From: Gammaproteobacteria bacterium
GTDB lineage: Bacteria; Pseudomonadota; Gammaproteobacteria; Poriferisulfidales; GCA-002705445
Reading direction: 5' to 3'
NCBI GenBank assembly: GCA_018674175.1
Contig: JABHAT010000016.1
Location: 131,440 to 195,439, forward strand
DNA: 64,000 nt
Shown: piece by piece, positions 10,074 through 21,730 of the stretch
Numbering within the stretch: the stretch's first letter is position 1
How the letters are laid out: the number at the start of each line of letters is the position of its first letter
Program-made: the position numbers and the translations under genes
The notes under the pieces: generated by a model
Database searches by the model: none
The model's input: the letters and a program-made list of their open reading frames with translations, nothing else
What the model was told of the DNA's origin: nothing

Positions 10074-11900
10074 TTATTTTGGGTCTTTAGAGTTTCTTTT
10101 TCGCTCATTTGGATCAAGGTATCTTTTTCTGAGCCTTAAACTTTGAGGTGTAACCTCAAGTAATTCATCCTCATTTATATATGACATCATTTGCTCTAAA
10201 GACATAATTCTTGGTGGTACTAGAGTAACTGCTTTATCTGTACCAGAAGCTCTTACATTTGTTAGCTGCTTACCCTTTAAAACATTTATAGCTAAATCAT
10301 TCTCTTTACTATGCTCTCCAACTATCATTCCTTGATAAACTTTTGTCTGAGGCTCAACAAACATTATGCCGCTAGATTGCAAATTAAAAATTGCATAAGC
10401 TACTGCTGTTCCAGTTTCAGTTGATATTAATGCGCCATTTCTTCTAGAACCCATTTCTCCCTTATACTTTCCATATGAATGATAAACTCTATTAATAACA
10501 CCTGTTCCCCTTGTATCGGTTAAAAATCTACTTTGATAACCAATTAAACCTCTTGATGGCGCTAAGAAAATTAAACGCACTTTATCTCCTTCTGCAGATT
10601 TCATATCAACCATTTCCGATTTTCTTTGATTCATACCATCAATTACAGTACTTGAAAATTCCTTGTCTACATCTATTGTTACTTCCTCTATTGGCTCAAG
10701 CCTATTATTATCAGAATCAGTTTTATAAAGAACATTTGGACGGGAAACTGTTAATTCAAAACCTTCCCTTCTCATTTGTTCAACTAAAACACCTAGTTGA
10801 AGCTCACCTCTTCCTCCAATTTCAAAAGCATCTCTGTTGTCATTTTCAGAAAATGTTATTGCAACATTAATTTCTGCTTCTGCCATAAGTCTTTCTCTGA
10901 TAGCTGTTGAAGTAACTTTTTTTCCTTCCAAGCCAGCTAATGGAGAGTCATTTACTAGAATTGTAACTGACATTGTTGGTGGATCTATGGGTGTAGACTG
11001 TATTGGTATCAATACTTCAGAATCACATATCGTGTCTGCCACTGATGTCTTTGTTAGGCCGGCTATACAAATTATATCTCCTGCGTGCACCTCATTAACT
11101 GGAACCCTGTCTGCTCCATTAAATCTCAAAAGTTTTGTTAGTCGACCTGTTTCTACAGTATCCCCATTCAAGTTAATTGATTTAACACTATCATTAACTT
11201 TTGCAGAACCTTGCTCAACCCTTCCGATCAAACATCTTCCAAGATATGGATCAGAGTCTAATAAGGTTGATAGCATTGCGAAAGGTTTGTCTATTTCCAC
11301 ACTAGGAGGAGAGACGTAATCTAAAATCAAATCCATCAAAGCATGTAAATTTGTTCTCTCGTCTGTAAGTTCACCCACACACCATCCATCTCTTCCAGAG
11401 GCATACATTATAGGAAAATCTAATTGTTCATCATTAGCATCCAAGGAAACAAATAAATCAAATACTTCATCAATTACTTCATCAGGTCTTCCATCAGGCC
11501 TATCTACTTTATTTATTATAACTATTGGTTTTAATCCTTGCGCCAATGCCTTTCCTAATACAAATTTTGTTTGAGGCATAGGGCCTTCTGCAGCATCCGT
11601 TAGAAGAATAACTCCATCTGCCATACCCAGTACTCTTTCAACTTCACCACCAAAATCTGCATGACCTGGAGTGTCTATTATATTTATTCTAGTATCTTTC
11701 CAATTAACAGATGTTGGTTTTGCTAAAATAGTTATCCCTCTCTCTTTCTCGAGGTCTCCAGAGTCCATTAATCTTTCTTCAACTTGCTGATTATCTCTAA
11801 ATGTACCACTTTGTTTTAATATTGAATCTATTAAAGTAGTTTTGCCGTGATCAACGTGGGCAATAATAGCGATGTTTCGCATATCTTCAGACATAAGCAC
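10074..11900 (-). CDS. typA: translational GTPase TypA/BipA
   Basis: AIIAHVDHGKTTL and DTPGHADF G-motifs in an EF-G-like protein of 608 aa. The true start is possibly the internal MRNIAI. Confidence 0.9.
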   Translation of the reverse strand: MLMSEDMRNIAIIAHVDHGKTTLIDSILKQSGTFRDNQQVEERLMDSGDLEKERGITILAKPTSVNWKDTRINIIDTPGHADFGGEVERVLGMADGVILLTDAAEGPMPQTKFVLGKALAQGLKPIVIINKVDRPDGRPDEVIDEVFDLFVSLDANDEQLDFPIMYASGRDGWCVGELTDERTNLHALMDLILDYVSPPSVEIDKPFAMLSTLLDSDPYLGRCLIGRVEQGSAKVNDSVKSINLNGDTVETGRLTKLLRFNGADRVPVNEVHAGDIICIAGLTKTSVADTICDSEVLIPIQSTPIDPPTMSVTILVNDSPLAGLEGKKVTSTAIRERLMAEAEINVAITFSENDNRDAFEIGGRGELQLGVLVEQMRREGFELTVSRPNVLYKTDSDNNRLEPIEEVTIDVDKEFSSTVIDGMNQRKSEMVDMKSAEGDKVRLIFLAPSRGLIGYQSRFLTDTRGTGVINRVYHSYGKYKGEMGSRRNGALISTETGTAVAYAIFNLQSSGIMFVEPQTKVYQGMIVGEHSKENDLAINVLKGKQLTNVRASGTDKAVTLVPPRIMSLEQMMSYINEDELLEVTPQSLRLRKRYLDPNERKRNSKDPK

Positions 11901-11935
11901 CTTTTGTATGTAATTAAATTAAGAGAAAATCAAAT

Positions 11936-12012
<77 letters not shown>

Positions 12013-12048
12013 CCGTATGTAGGCAGTGTACTTAAGAAATATAATTTA

Positions 12049-13482
12049 TCAAGTAAGTATCTCAAAAATATACTTAAATACTAGGTCTGGAAACAAAAAT
12101 ATTAGTAAAATAGATGCCGGAATTAAAGATAAAATAATTATAGAAAATTTGCCACTTGTATTTATTAGACTATTAAAACCAGTTTCAAAAAACATAAACC
12201 AAATTACTCGTAAGTAATAATATAATCCAACTACAGTCATAAGAACAACTATCACTGCAATTAAAATTAAGTTTCTGTCAACAAGTGCATCCAAAACAAG
12301 ATATTTTGCATAAAATCCTATTGTTAGAGGGATTCCAGCTGTTGAGAGTAAAGTTACCATTAATAGTATTGCTATATATCCAGACTTAGAAGCCAAACCT
12401 TTTAAGTCATTTATATAAATTAAATTAAATTTCTTTGACGATAAAAATGTGATGATTGATATTGCCGAAACGGTAGTAATAGAATATGAAGTAACATAAA
12501 ATGCAGCAATAGAGAAATTATTTTCTAAAGCAGAAAATAGTGCTATAAATATAAAACCAGCATTAGCAACTCCAGAGTAAGCTAGCATTCTCATTATTTT
12601 TTTCTGAGCTAAAGCAAACAAATTTCCTATAAAAATAGAAAACATACCTAAAAAAAGAATTAATTTTGAAAAATTTTCATCATCAATTATAGGATTATTA
12701 TTTAAAAATCTGAAAGCAAAAACAAAAAAAGCTATTTTTGGAATAGAAGCAATAAAATTTGTTATAGGAAGAGGAGCACCCTCATAAACATCTGGAAGCC
12801 ACATATGAAAAGGCGCCACTGCAAATTTAAAAGCTACACCTATAAATATTAGTACGTATGAAAATAAATACAAATTAGATATTTCATTATTATTAGCATA
12901 TTTAGTTATATCTAATATATTTATGCTACCTGAAATTCCATATAAGTATGAAAAACCAAATAATATTATTGCTGAAGCGATAATACTTAAAACAAAATAT
13001 TTAATTGCTGCTTCGCTTGATAAGAAACTAGACCTATTTAAAGCTATCAGAGAATATAAACTTAATGATGAAAGCTCTATACCTAAAAAAAGTACAATAA
13101 GATTGTTTGCGGAAATTATTATAAAACATCCCAATAAAGCAAAAATAAGCAATGAATAGAATTCTCCAGAAATTAAATTATTTTGCTTCAAATACTCTTT
13201 GGATATTACTATTTGAATTAAAAATATAAAATAACAAATATATTTAAAAAACTCTGTAATATTATTTTTAATCAGTGAGGAATTAAAAAGCAAATGAGAG
13301 TCAGTGGATAAATAATTTATACCTATTAAAGATGCTGCAATAACTGAAAGAACGGTTAAATGAAAAACATATTTTTTTAAACATTCAAATGTTCCAGCTA
13401 GAAGGATTACCATTGACATGGTAAATAAAATTACTTCAGGAATAAAATTTATTAAACTATTTGTTATGTTATGTATTATCAT
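12049..13482 (-). CDS. nuoN: NADH-quinone oxidoreductase subunit N
   Basis: 477 aa polytopic antiporter-like subunit, last gene of the nuo operon. Confidence 0.9.
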   Translation of the reverse strand: MIIHNITNSLINFIPEVILFTMSMVILLAGTFECLKKYVFHLTVLSVIAASLIGINYLSTDSHLLFNSSLIKNNITEFFKYICYFIFLIQIVISKEYLKQNNLISGEFYSLLIFALLGCFIIISANNLIVLFLGIELSSLSLYSLIALNRSSFLSSEAAIKYFVLSIIASAIILFGFSYLYGISGSINILDITKYANNNEISNLYLFSYVLIFIGVAFKFAVAPFHMWLPDVYEGAPLPITNFIASIPKIAFFVFAFRFLNNNPIIDDENFSKLILFLGMFSIFIGNLFALAQKKIMRMLAYSGVANAGFIFIALFSALENNFSIAAFYVTSYSITTVSAISIITFLSSKKFNLIYINDLKGLASKSGYIAILLMVTLLSTAGIPLTIGFYAKYLVLDALVDRNLILIAVIVVLMTVVGLYYYLRVIWFMFFETGFNSLINTSGKFSIIILSLIPASILLIFLFPDLVFKYIFEILT

Positions 13483-14978
13483 AATTTTATTATTATATTT
13501 TCAGTTATATGCTGCAATGTAATATTCATAAAAGACATCATATAGTCAGGGTAAACTCCAAGTATTATAACTATTAGAGCAAGAGAAAATAATATGAACC
13601 TCTCTACAAAATTAGCATCTAAGTTTTCTTTGAGATCAGTTTTAATCTCGCCATAAATAACTCTTTTTACGAGCCACAATGAATATACTGCAGATATAAT
13701 TAAGGTTCCAGAAGCTAGAAAAGCATATATAAAATTTGCTTTAAATGCAGACATAATGATTAGCAGTTCCCCTACAAAACTCGATGTTCCTGGAAGTCCG
13801 CAATTTGCCAATGCAAAAAAAACAAAAAACCAGCTGTAAATTGGCATCTGATTTAATAACCCACTCAAATCAGATATTTTTTTTGTTTTGTATCTATCAT
13901 AAATTGACCCAACACAAATAAATAAGGCTGCTGAAACAAAACCATGTGAAATAATCTGATACATACTTCCTGATAAACTAATAACTAAATCCTTTGCTGA
14001 AGAGGTGTTGTCAAAAAGCTGGAAAATTATAAAAAATCCCAAAGTAACAAAACCCATATGTGAAATTGAAGAGTAAGCGATTAACTTTTTCATGTCATTT
14101 TGAGAAATAGCTACAATACCAACATATACTATTGCTATTAGCGATAGTACGATAAAATATATATCTATAGACATTGCTCCTAACGGCACAACAGGCAATA
14201 CATATCTTATAAAACCATAAGCACCTACTTTTAACAAAATTGCCGCCAAAACAACCGAGCCTGATGTTGGTGCTTCTACGTGAGCATCTGGCAACCAAGT
14301 ATGAAAAGGAAACATAGGAATTTTTATAGCAAAAGCTATTGCCATAGCCATAAAAAGCCATTCTTGCTCAATAAGAGAAAAATTAGCACCATAAAAAGAA
14401 TTTACATTAAAGGATGAAATAGACGAATTAATATATAGAAATGATATTAATAATAAGATAGATCCTAAAAAAGTATAAATAAAGAATTTTATAGAAGCAT
14501 AGATTCTATTGGCTCCACCCCAAATCCCTATTATAAGAAACATGGGTATCAATAGAGCCTCGAAAAAAATATAAAACAAAATTGCATCAAGGGCGCAAAA
14601 AACACCAATTGTTAAACCATTTGCAATCAGAAAACTTGCGTAATAGTGATTTGTTTTCTTCAAAGATAACGTTGAATTATAAATTGAAACTATTAAAAAA
14701 ATAATAGTATTTAATAGAATTAATAATACAGATATAGCATCAACACCTAAATAGTAAAATATATTTAATGAGGGTATCCAATGAATATTTTCTACGAACT
14801 GAAATTCTGGGGAACTTTCATTAAAATTAATTAATAAAAATATTGATAGTAAAAAAACTATGAAGTTAATAAATATATTATAAATATTTAAATATGAAAC
14901 TTTTTTACTGCAGAATAAAATTAAAAAGCCAGAAATAATTGGCAGCCAAATTAATGAAGATAGAATATTAGCTATCAT
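13479..14978 (-). CDS. nuoM: NADH-quinone oxidoreductase subunit M
   Basis: 499 aa antiporter-like membrane subunit with a 4-nt overlap with nuoN. Confidence 0.9.
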   Translation of the reverse strand: MIANILSSLIWLPIISGFLILFCSKKVSYLNIYNIFINFIVFLLSIFLLINFNESSPEFQFVENIHWIPSLNIFYYLGVDAISVLLILLNTIIFLIVSIYNSTLSLKKTNHYYASFLIANGLTIGVFCALDAILFYIFFEALLIPMFLIIGIWGGANRIYASIKFFIYTFLGSILLLISFLYINSSISSFNVNSFYGANFSLIEQEWLFMAMAIAFAIKIPMFPFHTWLPDAHVEAPTSGSVVLAAILLKVGAYGFIRYVLPVVPLGAMSIDIYFIVLSLIAIVYVGIVAISQNDMKKLIAYSSISHMGFVTLGFFIIFQLFDNTSSAKDLVISLSGSMYQIISHGFVSAALFICVGSIYDRYKTKKISDLSGLLNQMPIYSWFFVFFALANCGLPGTSSFVGELLIIMSAFKANFIYAFLASGTLIISAVYSLWLVKRVIYGEIKTDLKENLDANFVERFILFSLALIVIILGVYPDYMMSFMNITLQHITENIIIKL

Positions 14979-16882
14979 AGAACTCTCACTAAAATTATTC
15001 CGAAAATAACAACAAGTGAAAATACTATTGAAAAAGCATAATGGTATAAATATCCACTACTTGTTTTTTTTAAAATTTTTGAAAAACTATTTATTTTTTT
15101 TGGAACACCATTTACAAAAACATTTTCTATTATTCCAATATCAAGCTTATGAGTTACAAATATTGAAGTTTTTTTCAAAACATCAGAGCTATATAAAAAT
15201 AATTCGTCAAACTTATATTTGGTCTTTATTACTTTTTTTATTTCAACTAAAAAATTATTTTCTAAAAATAAGAATTCCTTATTATCTTTATATAATTTTT
15301 TTGCTATAAAAAATCCTAGTACTAGTGTTAATGTTGCAGGAGAAAGTATCCCATGCTCAATGTATGTAACCATGCCATCATAATGTATATCTTTTATCCC
15401 ATACATAAATATTGGTAAGTCTACAAATACTTTAATTATATATCCTGAAGTTAGCGATAAGACTGCTAACAAAATTAAAGGTATTAATATTATGTTTGAT
15501 TGTTCTGATATCTCTTCAACGTCTCCACCTCTGTATTTTCCATAAAATACTATAAACATAAGTCTTAAAGAATATATTGTTGTAACTAAAGCACCAATTA
15601 GCAACATTATATATGCTATAAACGATATAGTTGTCTCCTCATAAAGCATTACTTCTAGAATAAGATCTTTTGAAAAGAATCCTGATGTAAGTGGGAAACC
15701 AATAATGCATAATGTTCCTATTAAGAAACATGCGTATGTCACTGGAAGCTTAGATTTTAGACCCCCCATTTTTCTAATATCTTGATTATGATGAAGAGAC
15801 ATTATTACTGACCCCGCACATAAAAATAACAATGCTTTAAAAAAAGCATGTGTAAATAAATGAAAAAAAGATACCGTGTATGCATTGATACCAAGTGCAG
15901 AAACCATATAACCTAACTGAGAGATAGTTGAATAAGCTATTACCTTTTTAATATCATTTTCAAATATTGCTATAAGACCCATAAATAATGCTGTAGAAGC
16001 ACCAATTATCAAAATAAAATCTGTGGTAAATTCTGTTAGCTCGTAAAAAGGCGCTAACCTACCTACCATAAATATTCCTGCTGTAACCATTGTTGCAGCA
16101 TGTATTAAAGCGGATATTGGAGTAGGTCCTTCCATAGAGTCTGGTAACCAGACATGTAAAGGTATTTGCGCAGACTTTGCCATGGCACCAATAAATAATA
16201 ATAAACATGCAAAATCAATGTAATTTAAACCAAAGTATGTTTCTAGATTACTAAGATTAACTGAATCAAGATTTAAAAACATAGTTCTGTAGTCAAAAGA
16301 GTCAAACAATGAATAAATCATTACAATTCCAAGAATGAAAAACATATCACCTATGCGATTTATCAAGAAAGCCTTTAGATTTGCCTTAATTGCTGAACTT
16401 TTTTTATAAAAAAAACCAATTAGTAAATAAGATACTAAACCAACACCTTCCCAACCTATAAATAATTGAATCAAGTTATTAGACATGACAAGCAATATCA
16501 TGGAAAAAGTAAATAACGCTATATATGAAAAGAATCTTTTAAAATCCTCCTCATGCTTCATATAGCCAATACTGTAAACATGCACAACGAAGGAAATAAA
16601 TAAAACAACGACTAGCATAATTGAAGAAAACTTATCTATAAGGTATCCAATACCAATATTTAATCCATTTATAGATATCCAGTCGTAGAAATTATCATAA
16701 TATATTTCATCATTGCTAGAATATATTTTTATTAAAACAATAATTGATAAAATTAAAGAAGAAAAAACTAAAGATGTACTTATTACTCCAGAATAAAATT
16801 TATTTAGAGAATCTGAGCTTAAGCCAATTATTATAGAACTCGCAAGTAATAAAATTGGTATTAATAATAAGATTGATTCCAT
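14975..16882 (-). CDS. nuoL: NADH-quinone oxidoreductase subunit L
   Basis: 635 aa antiporter-like subunit with a C-terminal extension (long horizontal helix). Confidence 0.9.
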   Translation of the reverse strand: MESILLLIPILLLASSIIIGLSSDSLNKFYSGVISTSLVFSSLILSIIVLIKIYSSNDEIYYDNFYDWISINGLNIGIGYLIDKFSSIMLVVVLFISFVVHVYSIGYMKHEEDFKRFFSYIALFTFSMILLVMSNNLIQLFIGWEGVGLVSYLLIGFFYKKSSAIKANLKAFLINRIGDMFFILGIVMIYSLFDSFDYRTMFLNLDSVNLSNLETYFGLNYIDFACLLLFIGAMAKSAQIPLHVWLPDSMEGPTPISALIHAATMVTAGIFMVGRLAPFYELTEFTTDFILIIGASTALFMGLIAIFENDIKKVIAYSTISQLGYMVSALGINAYTVSFFHLFTHAFFKALLFLCAGSVIMSLHHNQDIRKMGGLKSKLPVTYACFLIGTLCIIGFPLTSGFFSKDLILEVMLYEETTISFIAYIMLLIGALVTTIYSLRLMFIVFYGKYRGGDVEEISEQSNIILIPLILLAVLSLTSGYIIKVFVDLPIFMYGIKDIHYDGMVTYIEHGILSPATLTLVLGFFIAKKLYKDNKEFLFLENNFLVEIKKVIKTKYKFDELFLYSSDVLKKTSIFVTHKLDIGIIENVFVNGVPKKINSFSKILKKTSSGYLYHYAFSIVFSLVVIFGIILVRVL

Positions 16883-16886
16883 TAAT

Positions 16887-17192
16887 CTAGCCCTTAAGAT
16901 TATTAATTAAATTAATTTCTAAAGAATTTCTAATTCTAAATAATGAAACTATTATTGCAAGACCAATAGCAGATTCAGCAGCCGCGACTGCCAAAATGAA
17001 AAATACAAAAACTTGGCCTGTAATATCGTTACTATAATGCGAAAAAACTATAAAGTTTGTGTTAACTGCTAACAACATTAATTCTATTGACATTAAGAGT
17101 AGTAATATATTTTTTCTATTAATAAATATACCTGCGACACTTATGCAAAATAGCAATGCACTAAATACAAGATAATGAGACATAGTTATCAT
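16887..17192 (-). CDS. nuoK: NADH-quinone oxidoreductase subunit K
   Basis: 101 aa with 3 TM helices, between nuoJ and nuoL. Confidence 0.9.
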   Translation of the reverse strand: MITMSHYLVFSALLFCISVAGIFINRKNILLLLMSIELMLLAVNTNFIVFSHYSNDITGQVFVFFILAVAAAESAIGLAIIVSLFRIRNSLEINLINNLKG

Positions 17193-17779
17193 AAATCTTC
17201 ATCCTTTATAATTTTAAGTCTTGATTTCTTATTTTCTAAAATCTGCTTTCCAGGATCTTGCCTTAATGATCTTTGTCTTCCCGTCATATTAATTGCTATA
17301 GCTGCTATTATTGCGACGAGTAAAATAAAAGCAGTAATTTCAAAAGAAAATATATAATTTGTAAATAATGATAAGCCTATTTCGTAAGTATTATTAAATT
17401 CTAAGGCGCTATTTGCAGATGTGGGTACAGACGCAACAAAATCATGATAAAAAATTACCATATATAGTTCCGCAAACATTATTATTGATATAGTGACAGA
17501 GAAAAGAAGATATAGTTTTTGACTAATATTTTTCTTAATAGGTATATCTAAAAGCATAATTACAAAAAGAAATAAAACTAATACTGCGCCAACATAAACT
17601 AAAACAAGAACTATTGCTAAAAATTCTGCTTTCAACATTAGCCAAAGTATCGCGCTATTAAAAAATATTAAAACTAAAAGTAGTGCTGCATGAACTGTAT
17701 TATTTAGGATAACTAAGCTCATGGAAGATAAAATAATTACTGAAGTAACCAAATAAAATAAAATTGTTATTATATCCAT
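17189..17779 (-). CDS. nuoJ: NADH-quinone oxidoreductase subunit J
   Basis: 196 aa hydrophobic protein in the operon position between nuoI and nuoK. Confidence 0.85.
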   Translation of the reverse strand: MDIITILFYLVTSVIILSSMSLVILNNTVHAALLLVLIFFNSAILWLMLKAEFLAIVLVLVYVGAVLVLFLFVIMLLDIPIKKNISQKLYLLFSVTISIIMFAELYMVIFYHDFVASVPTSANSALEFNNTYEIGLSLFTNYIFSFEITAFILLVAIIAAIAINMTGRQRSLRQDPGKQILENKKSRLKIIKDEDL

Positions 17780-17781
17780 AA

Positions 17782-18264
17782 TTATAATCTCTGCGCTTTA
17801 TCTGATTGATCAATTGTTATTTGATCTTCAAATTTGTCGCCAATTTTTAGTAGATCACCTTTTGATAAAATATTTTCTCCACGTTCTTCAAAATGATACT
17901 CATATATTCTTGTTTCAACTATCGCATCAACAGGGCATGCCTCCTCACAAAAACCACAAAATATACATTTGAAAAGATCTATATCGTATTTAGTAGTTCT
18001 TCTAGTTCCATCATTTCTTTCTTCAGTATCAATTGTGATTGCTAGAGCAGGACACACAGCCTCGCAAAGTTTACATCCTATACACCTTTCTTCTCCACTC
18101 GGGTATCTTCTCAAGGCATGCAAGCCTCTAAATCTTGGTGATTGAGGTGCTTTTTCATGCGGATAGTTTAATGTAGTTTTTTTCTTAAACATATTTAAAA
18201 ATGTTACTTTCATGCCCAGTAACAACTCGTAAAGAAAAAAACTTTTTATATAATTTTTAAACAT
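17782..18264 (-). CDS. nuoI: NADH-quinone oxidoreductase subunit I (2x[4Fe-4S])
   Basis: Two CxxCxxCxxxCP ferredoxin motifs ([12 protein letters not shown] and [12 protein letters not shown]). Confidence 0.9.
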   Translation of the reverse strand: MFKNYIKSFFLYELLLGMKVTFLNMFKKKTTLNYPHEKAPQSPRFRGLHALRRYPSGEERCIGCKLCEAVCPALAITIDTEERNDGTRRTTKYDIDLFKCIFCGFCEEACPVDAIVETRIYEYHFEERGENILSKGDLLKIGDKFEDQITIDQSDKAQRL

Positions 18265-18273
18265 ATATTTTCC

Positions 18274-19377
18274 TTATGCAAACCAAGGTTCGACTTTATA
18301 ATAAATAAGTAACATTTCTACAAATATCCATATTAAGGTTATTGGAATTAAAATTTTCCAACCTAATCTCATAATTTGATCGTAGCGATATCTTGGGAAA
18401 GTAGCTCTTAACCATATAAAACAAAACATAAAAAAGAATGTTTTAATAATAAACCAATGAATACCATCATTAATAAAAAATAATAGAATGTGACTCAGAT
18501 AATCATTTATCTCAAAACTCCCTAGACTATCAACACTAAATGGGGAAAGCCATCCTCCAAAAAATAAAAGCGCTGTTAATGCTGAAATTAGTATCATATT
18601 TGCGTATTCAGCTATAAAAAAAACTGCAAAACCCATTCCAGAGTACTCAACATGAAATCCCGCAACTAACTCAGACTCTCCTTCGGCCACATCAAAAGGA
18701 GCTCTATTTGTTTCTGCCACACCTGCGATAAAATAAATTATAAATAAGGGAAATAGTGGTAACCATAGCCAATTAAAAATTGTGCCTTTTTGTATGTTTA
18801 CAATATCACCAAGATTCAAACTTCCAGAAATCATTATGACTCCAACAAGAGAAAAGCCCATGGCTATTTCATAAGCTATTATTAAAGAAGCTGATCTCAT
18901 CGCGCCTAATAAGGCATACTTAGAATTTGATGCCCAGCCAGCGATTATAATTCCATATATTCCCAAGGATGTCATAGCTAAAATATATAAAAGCCCCGCA
19001 TTAATATTTGCTAAAACCATTACACTATCAAATGGTATGACTGCCCATGCTGCAAAAGCGACTGTAAAGGTAATGACTGGTGCTAATAAAAATAAAAATT
19101 TATTTGAATCAGTCGGTATAATTATTTCTTTAAAAAATAATTTTACACCATCCGCAAAAGGCTGCATTAGACCCTTGGGGCCTACAACATTTGGTCCTAG
19201 TCTACCCTGCATCGAGGCAATAATTTTTCTTTCGGCATAAGTGTAATACGCAACCAAAACTAATAGTGGCACCATAATTAAAGTAATCAACATTAAAGTG
19301 TGGGGCAAAGTACTTAGTTCATTAAAATAAACAAAAAATAAATCTAAATTATTAAATATAAAATCAGACATTTTCAA
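18274..19377 (-). CDS. nuoH: NADH-quinone oxidoreductase subunit H
   Basis: 367 aa polytopic ND1 homologue. Confidence 0.9.
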   Translation of the reverse strand: MKMSDFIFNNLDLFFVYFNELSTLPHTLMLITLIMVPLLVLVAYYTYAERKIIASMQGRLGPNVVGPKGLMQPFADGVKLFFKEIIIPTDSNKFLFLLAPVITFTVAFAAWAVIPFDSVMVLANINAGLLYILAMTSLGIYGIIIAGWASNSKYALLGAMRSASLIIAYEIAMGFSLVGVIMISGSLNLGDIVNIQKGTIFNWLWLPLFPLFIIYFIAGVAETNRAPFDVAEGESELVAGFHVEYSGMGFAVFFIAEYANMILISALTALLFFGGWLSPFSVDSLGSFEINDYLSHILLFFINDGIHWFIIKTFFFMFCFIWLRATFPRYRYDQIMRLGWKILIPITLIWIFVEMLLIYYKVEPWFA

Positions 19378-21730
19378 TTCTTATGGTTTGATATTGCTTT
19401 CCTAAATCATAATGTTCTTTATTAGAATTAATAATATATACGCAGTCATCTGAAACATTTTCATCTATTACTAGTTCTGCTAATAGAGTATTTTGACCTT
19501 GTTTAACAATAACCTTATTTTTAGATAAATCTATATTATTTTGCTCTAAGGTTTTTTTATTAACACTAACTAAATTAGTACTAGAGTTTACGAGATTCAA
19601 AGAAGGTGCTCTCCGAACAATATTGTCAGTATAATAACTACTTTTACCTCCGCACCTAGTTAAAGATTTGTTACTAGAAATTTTTTTTACATCAAAATCA
19701 TCTAAATTATTTTTTACATGCAATGTATCATTTCTTACGACAGAATCTACTTCGTTCAATATATCAATGTAATCCAAAGATTTATCAACACCTGTAGATT
19801 GCATTAATCTTAATTTTGTTAAAATTTTCCAACCTTCTTTTGAAGTATAATGTGGAGTGCATCCTTGTACAAAAGACTGCCACTCGTTCTCAATATTAAT
19901 AAAAGTTCCAGGGCTCTCATATGTTGTAGCTAAAGGTAATATTATGTCGTAATAATGTTTATCTTCTTCGGTGACAAAACTTTGGAAACCTATGACTAAC
20001 TTTGCGCTATCTAGGGACTCCTGTAACTCAGAATAATGATAAAAATCTATTAGGTCTAAATTATAAATAATATATAAATCAAGTTTTTCCTGAATTGACT
20101 CATACACATTTAAACCAATTTTGCCATCGAGATTTAAATTTTTATTTTTACTTGGGTAACAGCCAGTTAGCCAAGCTCCTGTCTCATTACTTTTTTCACC
20201 AATATAGCCTTTGTGTGATTTTGTTAATATAGAAATTATATTAGTTAGAACCTTAAATAACTGAAATTCTGGATGATTAATTAAATTTGAACCAAGAAGA
20301 ATTAATGAATTATTAATTAAAAGATCATTGCTAATTTTTATAATACTATTATTATTTAAACCTTTGAAATTTTTCTTAACGCCCTCTGGAATATTAAAGT
20401 TTTTTAAAGTCTTGTCATTTACGGTTACCACAGACAGATACTCTACAATATCAATTAAGGTTTCTGATAAAAAATTAGGATTTACTAGTAAAGAATTATT
20501 TGTATCAAAATTATATTTATAATTATACGTATGAATAGAATTTATTTTGGCATCTTTTAAAAAAGCTTTTCTGATTTTATGAGATAATATTGGCTGATCA
20601 TATGTAATATTGCTATCTATTAATAATATTGATTTAGAGTTTTCTATATCTTTTATCGGAATATCAAGCTTCGACATTAAATCTTTATCGTTATGATCAA
20701 AATTACTCTGGGAAACTCTGTGATCTATATTATCTATATTATTCTCGCGCAGCCATTTTTGAAAAAGATATTGTTCTTCGACTGTAGAGTTAGCGCTAAT
20801 AAAACCTGCAGATTTATTAGCGTCAATTTCACTCATTCTTTTTTTTATAATATCAAAGGCTTGGTCCCATTCAACTTCTGTATGCCTTCCATTTATTTTT
20901 GCAATTGGTTTTTTTACCCTATCATTATGATCAATTGCTTCGTATGAAAATCTATCTCTATCAGAAATCCATACTTCATTTATTTTTTTATTTTCATGAG
21001 GCACTACTCGAAACACATTATTATCTAATATATGCAAACTCATATTTGAGCCAACACAATCATGAGAAGATATATGTTTCACTTCTTCAAGTTCCCAAGT
21101 TCTTCCTTTCATATGAGATGGCGCTGCATTTAATGCTCCTACTGGACATATATCAATCATGTTTCCTGACATTGGTGAATTAATAGCAGAAGTTAAGTAT
21201 GTTCTAATCTCCATACTCTCTCCTCTTCCAATTACCCCAAATTCTTTTATACCAGCTATTTCTTCTCCATATCTAACGCATCTTGTGCAATGAATACATC
21301 TTGTCATATTGGTCTTAATTAAAGGGCCAATATTATGATCTATTACTACTCTTTTTTCTTGTTCATATCTAGATTTAACTCTTCCATGCATTAAAGCCTG
21401 ATCCTGTAATTCGCACATTCCAGCTTGATCACAGACCGGACAATCAAGAGGATGATTGATCAATAATAACTCCATAGTATTTTTTTGAGCGGTCATAGCT
21501 AACTCAGATTTTGTAAAATACTCTTGATTTTCAATTGCTGGAGTTGAACATGCTGGCTGAGGTTTATTTATGCCGACTTGTTCTACTAAACACATTCTGC
21601 AATTTGCAGCTATGGATAATTTATCATGATAACAAAATCTTGGTATATGAATTCCGTTTCTATCAGCTACCTGAATTAATGTATCCCCTTTTTCAAATTT
21701 GCAATCTTTGTTATTTATTTTAATTTTCAT
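19364..21730 (-). CDS. nuoG: NADH-quinone oxidoreductase subunit G (75 kDa subunit)
   Basis: The N-terminus has 2Fe-2S ([15 protein letters not shown]) and 4Fe-4S ([23 protein letters not shown]) cluster motifs. At 788 aa it is shorter than the ~900 aa of the E. coli type. Confidence 0.9.
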   Translation of the reverse strand: MKIKINNKDCKFEKGDTLIQVADRNGIHIPRFCYHDKLSIAANCRMCLVEQVGINKPQPACSTPAIENQEYFTKSELAMTAQKNTMELLLINHPLDCPVCDQAGMCELQDQALMHGRVKSRYEQEKRVVIDHNIGPLIKTNMTRCIHCTRCVRYGEEIAGIKEFGVIGRGESMEIRTYLTSAINSPMSGNMIDICPVGALNAAPSHMKGRTWELEEVKHISSHDCVGSNMSLHILDNNVFRVVPHENKKINEVWISDRDRFSYEAIDHNDRVKKPIAKINGRHTEVEWDQAFDIIKKRMSEIDANKSAGFISANSTVEEQYLFQKWLRENNIDNIDHRVSQSNFDHNDKDLMSKLDIPIKDIENSKSILLIDSNITYDQPILSHKIRKAFLKDAKINSIHTYNYKYNFDTNNSLLVNPNFLSETLIDIVEYLSVVTVNDKTLKNFNIPEGVKKNFKGLNNNSIIKISNDLLINNSLILLGSNLINHPEFQLFKVLTNIISILTKSHKGYIGEKSNETGAWLTGCYPSKNKNLNLDGKIGLNVYESIQEKLDLYIIYNLDLIDFYHYSELQESLDSAKLVIGFQSFVTEEDKHYYDIILPLATTYESPGTFINIENEWQSFVQGCTPHYTSKEGWKILTKLRLMQSTGVDKSLDYIDILNEVDSVVRNDTLHVKNNLDDFDVKKISSNKSLTRCGGKSSYYTDNIVRRAPSLNLVNSSTNLVSVNKKTLEQNNIDLSKNKVIVKQGQNTLLAELVIDENVSDDCVYIINSNKEHYDLGKQYQTIRIENV

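Noticed and set aside
12026-12217. 63-aa plus-strand ORF next to tRNA-Met, overlapping the nuoN 3' end
   Set aside because: It overlaps the strongly supported nuoN C-terminus on the opposite strand and has an AT-rich low-complexity translation.
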